The notes under the pieces: model-generated
The model's input: only the letters and a program-made list of their open reading frames with translations
Database searches by the model: none
Told to the model about the DNA's origin: nothing
Made by a program: the position numbers and the translations under genes
Shown: piece by piece, positions 9,008-19,942 of the stretch
Position numbering within the stretch: the stretch's first letter is position 1
Layout of the letters: each line of letters opens with the position of its first letter
DNA from: Pseudomonas aeruginosa
GTDB lineage: Bacteria; Pseudomonadota; Gammaproteobacteria; Pseudomonadales; Pseudomonadaceae
Assembly: GCF_001457615.1 (NCBI RefSeq)
Contig: NZ_LN831024.1
Span: 6,180,001-6,212,000 of the forward strand
Length of the DNA stretch: 32,000 nucleotides
Direction of reading: 5' to 3'

Positions 9008-10373
9008 GTACTGCCTCGCCATGCGCCGGGGCCTTGCCGAGGGCGAGCAGGATCCGCGCGATCAGTTGCCGACTCGCCTCGTGCCAGCCGATCCAGCGCC
9101 ATTCGCCGACCGGTCGCTCGGCCGGGAACTCGCCCGTGGCTTCGAAGCGGGTGACCAGGTTCGCCAGGGTCTGCGGATCGGCGAGGTCGAAGTAGGCCAT
9201 GAATTCGCCGCCGATCTCGCGGAACACCGGGATGTCGCTGCCCATCGCCGGCAGGCCGCGCTGCATGGCCTCCACCAGCGGCAGGCCGAAACCTTCCACA
9301 TAGGACGGGAAGACCAGCGATGCGGCATGGGAGTATGCGTACTCCAGGCTCTTGTCGGAGAGGTCGTTGAACATGAACAGGCGCTTGTTCAGCTCCGGAT
9401 GCTGCCGCACCCGTTCCACCAGCGCCTCGCACTTCCAGCCGATGCGTCCGGCGATGCACAACCGCGCCTGCGAACCCTGGGCCCAGGCACGCTCGAAGGC
9501 ATCCAGCAGGTAACCGTGGTTCTTCCGCGGCTCGATGGTGCTGACCATCAGGAATACCGGCGCCTTGGCCTTGAACATGCGCAGCAGATCGGGCTCGACG
9601 GAGGCGCCGTCCTCCACCAGGTCCAGCTCCGAACCCAGGTGGAAATAATCGAACCAGCGTTGCGCGACCTTCTCCGGGCCGATGCGCCGCAGCATCTCCG
9701 CGCGCACTTCGTCGCGGATGGTCTCGGAAATCGCGACGTAGCCGTCGGCGGTGGCCGCGATCCAGTCGAACCAGTGGTTGAACACCTTGACCAGGCCGGC
9801 ATCGCAGAATTGCGGATGGGTCAGGGGAATCAGGTCGTAGATCACCGAGACGATGCCCACACCCTCGCTCTTGAGGCGTTCCGCCAGCGGGAAGAAATCG
9901 GCGTGCCAGGAGGAGTCCAGCAAGACCAGTTGGTCGCCGGCCCGATGTTCGAGCGGGGTCGCGCGCACGGGTGCAGGCTGCTGCTTGCCGAGGATGCGGT
10001 CGAGCAGGCGCAGCGGAATGCTGAGGAAGGCGAAGGCGAACAGGCGGCAGGCTACATAGAGAAGGCGCCGGGCCCACGGCGAGGAACGGAACGGGCGGCG
10101 CTTTTCCAGGGTGCGCTGGCCCAGCCAGAAGTAGTTGGCGGCTCGCTCCACCAGGATGCGCAGGCGTACCAGCGGCGAATGCGGCCGCGGGTCCAGCGGC
10201 GCCAGGCTGTGGACCTGATACAGGGTGCCGTCGAGCATTGCCACCGGGATGCACTCCACCGTCTCGTCGGCTTCCGGCAACTCGCGGATGACGTTGCGCA
10301 CCACCCGCTGAATACCAGAATTGACCTTGGGATGCTCGAACACATAGGTGCATTCGACCAACAGACGCGTCAT
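8991..10373 (-). CDS. wbpX: Glycosyltransferase, D-rhamnosyltransferase of the A-band/CPA cluster
   Basis: 460 aa from MTRLLVECTYVFEHPKVNSGIQRVVRNVIRELP (ATG at 10371-10373) to ...ALGKAPAHGEAVHADCG. Motifs STIEPRKNHGYLLDAF and FPSYVEGFGLPLVEAMQRG. The 888-aa track ORF is this gene plus an out-of-frame extension through wzt. Confidence 0.93.
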   Translation of the reverse strand: MTRLLVECTYVFEHPKVNSGIQRVVRNVIRELPEADETVECIPVAMLDGTLYQVHSLAPLDPRPHSPLVRLRILVERAANYFWLGQRTLEKRRPFRSSPWARRLLYVACRLFAFAFLSIPLRLLDRILGKQQPAPVRATPLEHRAGDQLVLLDSSWHADFFPLAERLKSEGVGIVSVIYDLIPLTHPQFCDAGLVKVFNHWFDWIAATADGYVAISETIRDEVRAEMLRRIGPEKVAQRWFDYFHLGSELDLVEDGASVEPDLLRMFKAKAPVFLMVSTIEPRKNHGYLLDAFERAWAQGSQARLCIAGRIGWKCEALVERVRQHPELNKRLFMFNDLSDKSLEYAYSHAASLVFPSYVEGFGLPLVEAMQRGLPAMGSDIPVFREIGGEFMAYFDLADPQTLANLVTRFEATGEFPAERPVGEWRWIGWHEASRQLIARILLALGKAPAHGEAVHADCG

Positions 10374-11635
10374 GGAGTGCTCTCCGCGGAAGTGGGGTCC
10401 AGAGCCGCCTCGCCGGAGCGGCTGATATGGGTTTCGGCGCCCAGCCAGGAGCAACCGACGAAGTCTTCCTGGCGGTTGTTGATGACATGGAAGACCAGGC
10501 CGTAGTCGCGCCATTCGAAGTTGCGGTCCAGGTGCGAGTCCAGCCGCGACAGGCTCAGCGCCACCGAGTAGTGCCCCTTGCCCAGGCGCATGTCGAAGGC
10601 GAAGCGGTAGGTGATGCGCTCGCCGGCCTTCAGGTCGGTGAGGGCCTTGTCCAGGCGGTGGGTATTGATCCCGTACATCGGTTGGCCGAGGCGGTCCTTG
10701 ATCATGAAGCCGAGGATCAGCCGCTCGATGTCCTGGCGAACTTCGACTTCGACTTCCAGCGTCACCGCCTGGCCTACCTCGACCACCTCCAGCGCGCGCT
10801 GCCGCTGGTCGACCATCCGTACGTCGAGGATCGCTGCCTCGCCAGTGCCGGAAATCGTCCGCACCTGGCCGTCGGCGAGCATTTCCTGGCGCACGGTCTG
10901 CCCCTCGCGCTCGGCGAGCAGGGCGTTGTAGTAGTCCATCACCTCTTCCGGCCGCCCGCGCATGGCCATCCGTCCCTGCTCCAGGAGGATCGCGGAGTCG
11001 CAGATGGACTGGATCGCCGAGCGGTCGTGGGAAACGATCAGCAGGGTGGTGCCGGCCTTGCGGAAACTGCGGATGCGCTCGAAGCTCTTGTGCTGGAAAT
11101 AGGCATCGCCAACCGACAGGGCCTCGTCGACGATCAGGATGTCCGGCCGCCGGGCAGTCGCCACGCTGAACGCCAGGCGCATCTGCATGCCGCTGGAGTA
11201 GGTGCGCACCGGTTGCTCGATGGCCTCGCCGATTTCGGCGAAGGCCTCGATATCCGGCATCAGCGCCTGGATTTCCTCGACCTGCATGCCCAGCAATTGC
11301 CCGGCCATGAAGACGTTCTGCCGGCCGGTGAAGTCCGGGTGGAAGCCCATGCCCAGCTCGAGCAGCGCGGCGACCCGGCCGGCCACGCGGATCTCGCCGC
11401 AGGTCGGCTGGGTGGTGCCGGCGATCATCTTCAGCAAGGTGCTCTTGCCGGCGCCGTTGACCCCGACGATGCCGACCGCTTCGCCCGGCTCGATGGTGAA
11501 CTCGACCTCGCGCAGGATCCAGTGCAGGTGGTGGCGCGGAGGGCTGAAAGGCACCAGCCATTCGAACAACCGGCTCCAGCGATTGGGATACTGCTTGTAG
11601 GCCTTGCCGAGGCCGGATACGCGTATCTGTCCCAT
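10370..11635 (-). CDS. wzt: O-polysaccharide ABC transporter, ATP-binding subunit with C-terminal carbohydrate-binding-type domain
   Basis: 421 aa; Walker A GVNGAGKSTLLKMIAG, signature YSSGMQMRLAFSVA, Walker B PDILIVDEALSVGD, plus a C-terminal ~170 aa extension typical of Wzt. Overlaps wbpX by ATGA. Confidence 0.95.
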   Translation of the reverse strand: MGQIRVSGLGKAYKQYPNRWSRLFEWLVPFSPPRHHLHWILREVEFTIEPGEAVGIVGVNGAGKSTLLKMIAGTTQPTCGEIRVAGRVAALLELGMGFHPDFTGRQNVFMAGQLLGMQVEEIQALMPDIEAFAEIGEAIEQPVRTYSSGMQMRLAFSVATARRPDILIVDEALSVGDAYFQHKSFERIRSFRKAGTTLLIVSHDRSAIQSICDSAILLEQGRMAMRGRPEEVMDYYNALLAEREGQTVRQEMLADGQVRTISGTGEAAILDVRMVDQRQRALEVVEVGQAVTLEVEVEVRQDIERLILGFMIKDRLGQPMYGINTHRLDKALTDLKAGERITYRFAFDMRLGKGHYSVALSLSRLDSHLDRNFEWRDYGLVFHVINNRQEDFVGCSWLGAETHISRSGEAALDPTSAESTP

Positions 11636-12432
11636 CAGAGTTCATCCACCATTTCACCGACCCGCTGGCGGAACAGACGCAGGCCGAGCGCGCACAGCAG
11701 CAGCGCCAGCAGGGTGATCGGCAGCAATGAAGGCCAGTCCGGCCATTGCCCGTGGAGGAACAGCTGCTGGTAGCTGCGCATCAGCGCGGTCATCGGGTTG
11801 AGTTCGATCAGCGAGCGGATACCCTCGGGCAGGATGCCGATCGGATAGACGATCGGCGTCAGCCAGAACCAGAACTGCAGGCAGATGCCGAACAACTGGC
11901 CGACGTCGCGGAAGAACACGTTGAGCACCCCGAGGATCATCCCCAGTCCCGCCGCGAACAGCACCTGGATCGCCAGCAGCGGCACCAGCGCGAGCAATGC
12001 CGCGCCCGGCAGGCGCCCGCTGAGTGCGAGAAAGCCGAGGAACAAGGCGAGGATGATGGCGAAATTGACCCCGGCGTTGAGCAGTACGATGACCGGCAGG
12101 CAGATGCGCGGGAAGCTGATCTTCTTCAGCAGGTTGGCGTTCTCGATGAACATGCTCTGGCTGCGCGAGGTGATTTCCGCGAACAGGCCCCAGGTCAGCA
12201 GGCCGGCGCAGAGATAGACGCTGTAGGCCAGGCCGTCGTCGACCCCCGGCAGGCGCGCGCGCATCACCTGGGAGAAGATCACCGTGTAGACGACGATCAT
12301 CGACAGCGGATTGAGCACCGTCCACAACGCGCCGAACAGCGACCCGCGGTAGCGCGACTGGAACTCGCGCTTGACGCTGCCGAGAACGAAGCCACGATAG
12401 CCCCACAAGGAACGAGACAAGCCAAGAAGCAT
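11635..12432 (-). CDS. wzm: O-polysaccharide ABC transporter, permease subunit
   Basis: 265 aa ABC-2-type permease; FQSRYRGSLFGALWTVLNPLSMIVVYTVIFSQVM and multiple TM segments, adjacent to wzt. Confidence 0.95.
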   Translation of the reverse strand: MLLGLSRSLWGYRGFVLGSVKREFQSRYRGSLFGALWTVLNPLSMIVVYTVIFSQVMRARLPGVDDGLAYSVYLCAGLLTWGLFAEITSRSQSMFIENANLLKKISFPRICLPVIVLLNAGVNFAIILALFLGFLALSGRLPGAALLALVPLLAIQVLFAAGLGMILGVLNVFFRDVGQLFGICLQFWFWLTPIVYPIGILPEGIRSLIELNPMTALMRSYQQLFLHGQWPDWPSLLPITLLALLLCALGLRLFRQRVGEMVDEL

Positions 12433-13871
12433 CAGACCACCCTGCCGTACTGGTCCTCGAAGCGGACGATGTCGTCCTCTCCCAGGTATTCGCCGCTCTG
12501 CACCTCGATCATCACCAGGTCGATGACCCCCGGGTTTTCCAGGCGATGCCGGTGGCCCGCGGGAATGTAGGTCGACTCGTTGCTGTTGACCAGCCGCGCG
12601 CCATCGCCATTGGTGACCCTGGCCATGCCTTGCACCACGATCCAGTGCTCGCTGCGGTGATGGTGCATCTGCAGCGACAAGCGCTCTCCCGGCCTGACCA
12701 CGATTCGCTTGATCTTGAAGCGCGGCCCCTCCTCGAGGACGGTATAGCTGCCCCAGGGACGGTTGACGGTCCGATGCAGCCGATAGGCCTCGTGCCGCTC
12801 GTCCTTCAGCCGCTGCACCACCCTGCGCACCTCCTGGACCCGGTCGGCGCGGGCGATCAGCAGCGCATCGGAAGTATCCACCACGACCAGGTCGTCGACC
12901 CCGACCGTGGCGACCAGGCGCCCGTCGCTCTGCACGAAGGTGTTACGGGTGTCGACGAACAGGGTGTCGCCGCTGCCGCGATTGCCCTCTGCGTCCGCGT
13001 CGAGCAGCGCGCTCATCGCGCCCCAGGAACCGATATCGCTCCAGTCGAAGGCCGCCGGCACCACGGCGACCCGCGCGGAGCGCTCCATCAGCGCATAGTC
13101 GATGGAAATGTCCGGCAGCGCGGCGAAGGCTTCGCCCGCCAGCTCATGCTGGATGCCATCGGCCATCTTCACCGCCGCACTGGCGGCCAGGCAGGCCCTG
13201 GCCTGCTCCAGCAGGGCCGGGGCATGCCGCGCCAGCTCGTCGACCAGGGTCGAGGCCGTGAAACAGAACATCCCGGAGTTCCACAGGAAACCGCCACTTT
13301 CCACGTAGCGACGGGCGGTTTCCTCATCGGGTTTCTCGACGAAGCGGCGCACCTTGGCCGCCCCCTGCTCGTCCAGCCGGTCGCCCAGCTCGATATAGCC
13401 GAAACCGGTTTCCGCTGCATCCGGCACCACGCCGAAGGTAACCAGGTGCCCGGCGACGGCGAGACGCGCGGCATGCCCCACCGCCTCGCGGAAGGCCTCC
13501 TCGTTGCGGATCAGGTGATCCGCCGGCATCACCACCAGTACCGCCGCGTCGCCATGTTCGGCTTGCAGCGCCAGGGCGGCGACGGCAATCGCCGGAGCGG
13601 TGTTGCGTCCGGTCGGTTCGAGGATGAAATGTCCCCGATGCCGCCCCAGGCGGGCCGCCTGGAACTGGTCCTTGCTCTGGAAGTAATGCTCACGGTTGGT
13701 CACCGTGACGATTTCGCCATGCCCGGCCAGGAGCCCGGCGGCACGTCGGTAGGTCTTGCCCAGCAGGGTCTGGCCATCGGGCAGGCGCATGAACGGCTTC
13801 GGCTGTCCTTCACGCGACACCGGCCAAAGGCGGGTACCGGCGCCGCCGGAAAGCACCACGGGAATCAGCAT
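12432..13871 (-). CDS. wbpW: Mannose-1-phosphate guanylyltransferase / phosphomannose isomerase
   Basis: 479 aa; PVVLSGGAGTRLWPVSREGQPKPFMRL, FVEKPDEETA, and the cupin-like C-terminus VRPGERLSLQMHHHRSEHWIVVQG. Confidence 0.95.
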   Translation of the reverse strand: MLIPVVLSGGAGTRLWPVSREGQPKPFMRLPDGQTLLGKTYRRAAGLLAGHGEIVTVTNREHYFQSKDQFQAARLGRHRGHFILEPTGRNTAPAIAVAALALQAEHGDAAVLVVMPADHLIRNEEAFREAVGHAARLAVAGHLVTFGVVPDAAETGFGYIELGDRLDEQGAAKVRRFVEKPDEETARRYVESGGFLWNSGMFCFTASTLVDELARHAPALLEQARACLAASAAVKMADGIQHELAGEAFAALPDISIDYALMERSARVAVVPAAFDWSDIGSWGAMSALLDADAEGNRGSGDTLFVDTRNTFVQSDGRLVATVGVDDLVVVDTSDALLIARADRVQEVRRVVQRLKDERHEAYRLHRTVNRPWGSYTVLEEGPRFKIKRIVVRPGERLSLQMHHHRSEHWIVVQGMARVTNGDGARLVNSNESTYIPAGHRHRLENPGVIDLVMIEVQSGEYLGEDDIVRFEDQYGRVV

Positions 13872-13874
13872 GGC

Positions 13875-15757
<1,883 letters not shown>

Positions 15758-16164
15758 GGAAGCGGGCCTTTTATCTGATGCTACGCTCGGCGACGCTCTT
15801 CCTAGGAATACGACGTTCCAGAGGTCATGCCGGATAGCGTGTTGTTCTGATTATCGCGCTCCAATCTGTGCCAAGAATGCGCCGATTTCAACCGCTTATT
15901 CGTGACCGGTAGGTTCTCATTCGAACGGCATGACGTTTTCTCCGTCAGCCTTCACGTTTTTGCGAAAGGTATGTTTAGAATGCCTCTCGATTTCGTGCTT
16001 GACTGCCTCCTGTTCTGTTGATCGAACAGGTCGCGGTCGCGATAACAGAACAAGAACACGATGGGTCGACCAGTCCGCCGGGAAGGCTTCCGGACAACGA
16101 AGCAGCGCCTGGCCTCGCTCATCACCACCAAGCTGTCGAACGGGCAGTTTCATCACGAGATGCC

Positions 16165-17787
16165 ATGAATTTCATCCTTTACTCGGATATCAACGAGCGC
16201 TCGATCGGCCACAACCTCGGTCGCCCCGAATACAGCTACTACTTCGTCCTCAAGGCCTACCGGCCAATCCTCGAATCGCTGGGACAGGTCCACCTGGTAC
16301 AGAGCACGGACGAAGTCGACCCGCTCTACCGGCAACTGCATGAACAGGGCGAAGACTGCCTGTTCCTCTCCTTCACCCCGCCGCACAAGGCGGCGCGGGG
16401 CCTGCAATGCCCGATGCTGTGCGTGGTCGCCTGGGAGTTCGAGTCGATTCCCGACGTGGCGTGGGACGGCGATCCGGCGCAGGACTGGAGCCAGGTCCTG
16501 GCCGGCCATGGCGCAGCCATCACCCTCTCCGAGCAGACTGCCCGCGCGGTTCGCCGGGTGCTGGGCGAAGACTTTCCGGTACTGGTGCTGCCGACGCCGA
16601 TCTGGGAGGACTTCGCCGCGATCCGCCAGCAAGGCGAACGGAATCCGGTCAAGTCCGGCGAGACCCTGCAACTCAAGGGCTGCGTCATCGACAGCCGCCT
16701 GCTGGGCCTTTCCGCCGACGGCCTCATCGCACCGATCAGGGAAGAGACCGAGGACGAGATCCTCGAGGTCCTCCCCGAGACGCCCGCCGAGCCCGAGCCC
16801 GAACCGGTCCCTGAGCCAGAACCAGAGCCGGTTCCTCTCGACTGGAGGCGCCGACTGGTCATCAGCAAGCACTACCTGCTGCTGTGGTACCGGGAAGCCG
16901 TCAGCGACCTGGTACCCATACCGGTACGCCGCTGGCTGTTCCGTCACCTGCGCCGGCCGCTGCCGCCCCCGCCAACGGCGCTGGAAACGCTGCCGGAGCC
17001 ATTGCCCCAGGCCATCGAGCCGATGCCGCCCGCCGAGCCCGAGCATCCGCCGGCGCTGCTGCCGGACGTCGACCAGCACCAGCAGGTCGTCGTGGACGGG
17101 GTGGTCTACGTCTCGGTGTTCAATCCGCTGGACGGGCGCAAGAACTGGCATCAGCTGATCACCGCCTTCTGCTGGGCATTCCGCGACACCAGCGATGCCA
17201 CGCTGGTGCTGAAGATGACCCAGAGCGACCTGACGACCTACCACGTCGAACTGCTCACCCTGCTTTCCCAACTGTCGCCATTCGCCTGCCGGGTCATCGC
17301 CCTGCACGGCTATCTCGATGCCGCGGAGTACGCCCGCCTGTACGGAGCCGCCAGCTACTACGTGAACGCCTCGCGCTGCGAGGGCCTGTGCCTGCCGCTG
17401 ATGGAATTCATGTCCTGCGGCACCCCGGCGATCGCTCCGGACCATTCGGCGATGGCCGACTACATGGACGCCCAGGTGGGCTTCGTGGTCCGCTCCAGCC
17501 AGGAGCCCGCGGCCTGGCCGCAGGATTCGCGCCGGTTGTACAGCACCCGGCGCTACCGGCCGAGCTGGGAGTCCCTGAAGGAGGCCTACCTGGAGAGCTA
17601 CCGGGTAGCCCGGGAACAGCCGGAGCGCTATCGGCAACTGTCCGCCGCGGCCAACCAACGCATGCGCGGCTACTGCGCCGGCGACGTGGTCCGCCAGCGC
17701 CTGGAACCCTTCCTTTCCGCCCGCAAGGCAACCCCTGCGCCCGGCGTCGAACTGGCGGCCACCGCCACAGGCAACGTTCCATGCTGA
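16165..17787 (+). CDS. GT4-like glycosyltransferase of the CPA-associated divergent cluster (long paralogue)
   Basis: 540 aa from MNFILYSDINERSIGHNLGRPEYSYYFVLKAYRPILESLG; ASRCEGLCLPLMEFMSCGTPAIAPDHSAM is GT4-like. The track ORF start at 16018 is an in-frame extension into the intergenic region. Confidence 0.88.
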   Translation: MNFILYSDINERSIGHNLGRPEYSYYFVLKAYRPILESLGQVHLVQSTDEVDPLYRQLHEQGEDCLFLSFTPPHKAARGLQCPMLCVVAWEFESIPDVAWDGDPAQDWSQVLAGHGAAITLSEQTARAVRRVLGEDFPVLVLPTPIWEDFAAIRQQGERNPVKSGETLQLKGCVIDSRLLGLSADGLIAPIREETEDEILEVLPETPAEPEPEPVPEPEPEPVPLDWRRRLVISKHYLLLWYREAVSDLVPIPVRRWLFRHLRRPLPPPPTALETLPEPLPQAIEPMPPAEPEHPPALLPDVDQHQQVVVDGVVYVSVFNPLDGRKNWHQLITAFCWAFRDTSDATLVLKMTQSDLTTYHVELLTLLSQLSPFACRVIALHGYLDAAEYARLYGAASYYVNASRCEGLCLPLMEFMSCGTPAIAPDHSAMADYMDAQVGFVVRSSQEPAAWPQDSRRLYSTRRYRPSWESLKEAYLESYRVAREQPERYRQLSAAANQRMRGYCAGDVVRQRLEPFLSARKATPAPGVELAATATGNVPC

Positions 17788-19082
17788 TCATCATCCACTC
17801 CGAGACCAACAAGACCACCATCCGGCAGAACCTCGGGCGCCCGGAGTACAGCTATTACTTCGTCCTCAAGGAATTCCGTCCGCTGCTGGAAGAGATCGGC
17901 CAGGTGGTCGAAGTCAGCGATCCCGACGAACTGGTGGACCGCCTCTACCACGACTGCCGCAAGCGCGGCGAACCCTGCGTCTTCCTCTCCTTCTCGCCGC
18001 CCCATCGCACGCCGATCCACCATGCCTGCCCGACCATCCCGGTGTTCGCCTGGGAGTTCAGCACCCTCCCCAGCGAAACCTGGCACGGCGAACCGCGCCA
18101 CGACTGGCGACATGTGCTGCGCCACAGCGGACGGGCCATCACCCACTCCAGCTTCACGGTCGACGTGGTGCGCGCCGCCATGGGTCGCGACTACCCGGTA
18201 CTGAGCGTGCCGGCGCCGGTCTGGGATCGCTTCGCCAACCGCGCCTCGCAGCAGGCGGGCCGTCCCGAAGCCCGGGATGTGCGCCTGCGCCTGGACGGCC
18301 TGCTGGTGGACAGCCGCCAGCTGGACCTGGCCGTCCATGCCGACCCCGAGCCGTCGGCGGAGGTCCTGGCCCTGCCGGACCGCGCGGCGAAACAGGTCGA
18401 GCTGAGCCTCGACGGGGTCATCTACACCTCGGTGTTCAACCCCTACGACGGGCGCAAGAACTGGCAGGACATGATCAGCGCGTTCTGCGCCACCTTCCGC
18501 GACGAGCCCGACGCCACCCTGGTGCTGAAACTGACCCACCACAACGTCGGCGAAGCGCTGGCCGACATGCTTCACCACCTGTACAAGAACCAGTCCTACC
18601 GCTGCCGCATCGTGCTGATCCACGGCTACCTCGCCGACCCGGACTACGAGCGGCTGGTCGAGGCCACCAGCTACGTGGTGAACACCTCCTACGGCGAAGG
18701 CCAATGCCTGCCGCTGATGGAATTCATGTCCAGCGGCAAGCCGGCCGTGGCTCCGCGCAATACCGCGATGATCGACTACATCGACGCCGACAACGCCTTC
18801 ATCGTCGACTCCTCGGAAGAAGCCACCGCCTGGCCCCACGACCCGCGCGCGGCCTACCGCACGCTGCGCTACATCACCGACTGGGAGTCGCTGTGCCGGG
18901 CCTACCGGGCCAGTTTCGAGGTCGCTCGCCAGGAGCCGGAGCGCTACGCACGCATGTCCGCGCATGCCAGCGCCAGCCTCGAACGCTTCTGCAGCCGCAA
19001 GCTGGCCGTGGAGCGCCTGCGTCGCTTCCTCGACGAAGCGGCACAAGGCGACCCCTCCGCCTTGCAAAGCATCCCGGCATGA
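17781..19082 (+). CDS. GT4-like glycosyltransferase (paralogue of the preceding gene)
   Basis: 433 aa from MLIIIHSETNKTTIRQNLGRPEYSYYFVLKEFRPLLEEIG; GEGQCLPLMEFMSSGKPAVAPRNTAM. Seven-bp overlap (ATGCTGA) with the upstream gene. The track start at 16884 is artefactual. Confidence 0.88.
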   Translation: MLIIIHSETNKTTIRQNLGRPEYSYYFVLKEFRPLLEEIGQVVEVSDPDELVDRLYHDCRKRGEPCVFLSFSPPHRTPIHHACPTIPVFAWEFSTLPSETWHGEPRHDWRHVLRHSGRAITHSSFTVDVVRAAMGRDYPVLSVPAPVWDRFANRASQQAGRPEARDVRLRLDGLLVDSRQLDLAVHADPEPSAEVLALPDRAAKQVELSLDGVIYTSVFNPYDGRKNWQDMISAFCATFRDEPDATLVLKLTHHNVGEALADMLHHLYKNQSYRCRIVLIHGYLADPDYERLVEATSYVVNTSYGEGQCLPLMEFMSSGKPAVAPRNTAMIDYIDADNAFIVDSSEEATAWPHDPRAAYRTLRYITDWESLCRAYRASFEVARQEPERYARMSAHASASLERFCSRKLAVERLRRFLDEAAQGDPSALQSIPA

Positions 19083-19942
19083 TCCGCGCCCTGCTCCAAC
19101 GCTGGCGTTCCCGTCCCGCTGCGGCGAGCGAACCGGTGTCGCCACGCATGTGCGGTCTGCGCGATGCGGTGCTGGATGGCTGGTTCCGCAGCGAAACCGG
19201 CGAACTGCTCGCCGGCTTCGCCATCGGCGCCCAGGACACCCTGCTCGATCTCGGCTGCGGCGAAGGCGTCGCCACCCTCTTCGCCGCCCGCCAGGGCGCT
19301 TCGGTGATCTTCACCGACAGCGAGGAGGACAAGGTGCGGAGCCTGGCGCAGCAGGTCGAGGCGGTGGCCCGGCGGCCCTTCACCGGCCTGGTCAGCGACA
19401 GCGACCCGCTGCCGCTGCGCGACGCCTGCGCCGACAAGCTGGTGTGCATGGAAGTGCTCGAACACGTGGCCAACCCAGCGCGGGTGATGGCCGAACTCGT
19501 GCGTCTCGGCCGCCCTGGCGCGCAGTACCTGCTGAGCGTGCCGGACCCGGTCGGCGAACACCTGCAGCAGGGCATCGCCCCGGCCGACTACTTCCGGGCG
19601 CCCAACCACATCCACATCTTTTCCCGTGACGACTTCGCGCGCCTGGTGCAGGACGCCGGGCTGGTCATCGAGCACCGCCAGGCCAGCGGCTTCTTCTGGG
19701 TGATGGGCATGATCTTCTTCTGGGCCAGCGAACGGGCCGCCGGCCGTGAGCTCGGCGGCGCCGTCCGCGACCGTATCCAGCCGCCCTACCCGGCGCTGAT
19801 GGAAGACTGGGCACGGCTCTGGGAAAACCTCCTGGCCCGTCCCGACGGTCTGGAGATCAAGCACCTGCTCGACCATTTCATGCCCAAGAGCCAGGTGATC
19901 ATCGCGCGCAAGCCGCTCGACCCCGGATCGTCGCGGACATGA
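19079..19942 (+). CDS. SAM-dependent methyltransferase
   Basis: 287 aa from MIRALLQRWRSRPAAA; DTLLDLGCGEGVATLFAARQGASV, VCMEVLEHVANPARVMAELVRLGRPGAQYLLSVPDP. Confidence 0.9.
   Translation: MIRALLQRWRSRPAAASEPVSPRMCGLRDAVLDGWFRSETGELLAGFAIGAQDTLLDLGCGEGVATLFAARQGASVIFTDSEEDKVRSLAQQVEAVARRPFTGLVSDSDPLPLRDACADKLVCMEVLEHVANPARVMAELVRLGRPGAQYLLSVPDPVGEHLQQGIAPADYFRAPNHIHIFSRDDFARLVQDAGLVIEHRQASGFFWVMGMIFFWASERAAGRELGGAVRDRIQPPYPALMEDWARLWENLLARPDGLEIKHLLDHFMPKSQVIIARKPLDPGSSRT

Noticed and set aside
8991-11657. 888-aa minus-strand ORF as one fused protein
   Set aside because: Only the part from MTRLLVECTYVFEH (10373 down to 8991) is protein-like (wbpX). The upstream part is an out-of-frame reading of wzt.
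16801-16838. Pro-Glu coding repeat considered as a tandem DNA repeat or CRISPR-like array
   Set aside because: Repeats are degenerate dipeptide codons inside a coding frame, with no spacers or conserved direct repeats.
16884-17780. N-terminal extension of the second glycosyltransferase ORF
   Set aside because: This stretch is an alternate frame inside the first glycosyltransferase; the homology-like sequence starts at MLIIIHSETNKT (17781).
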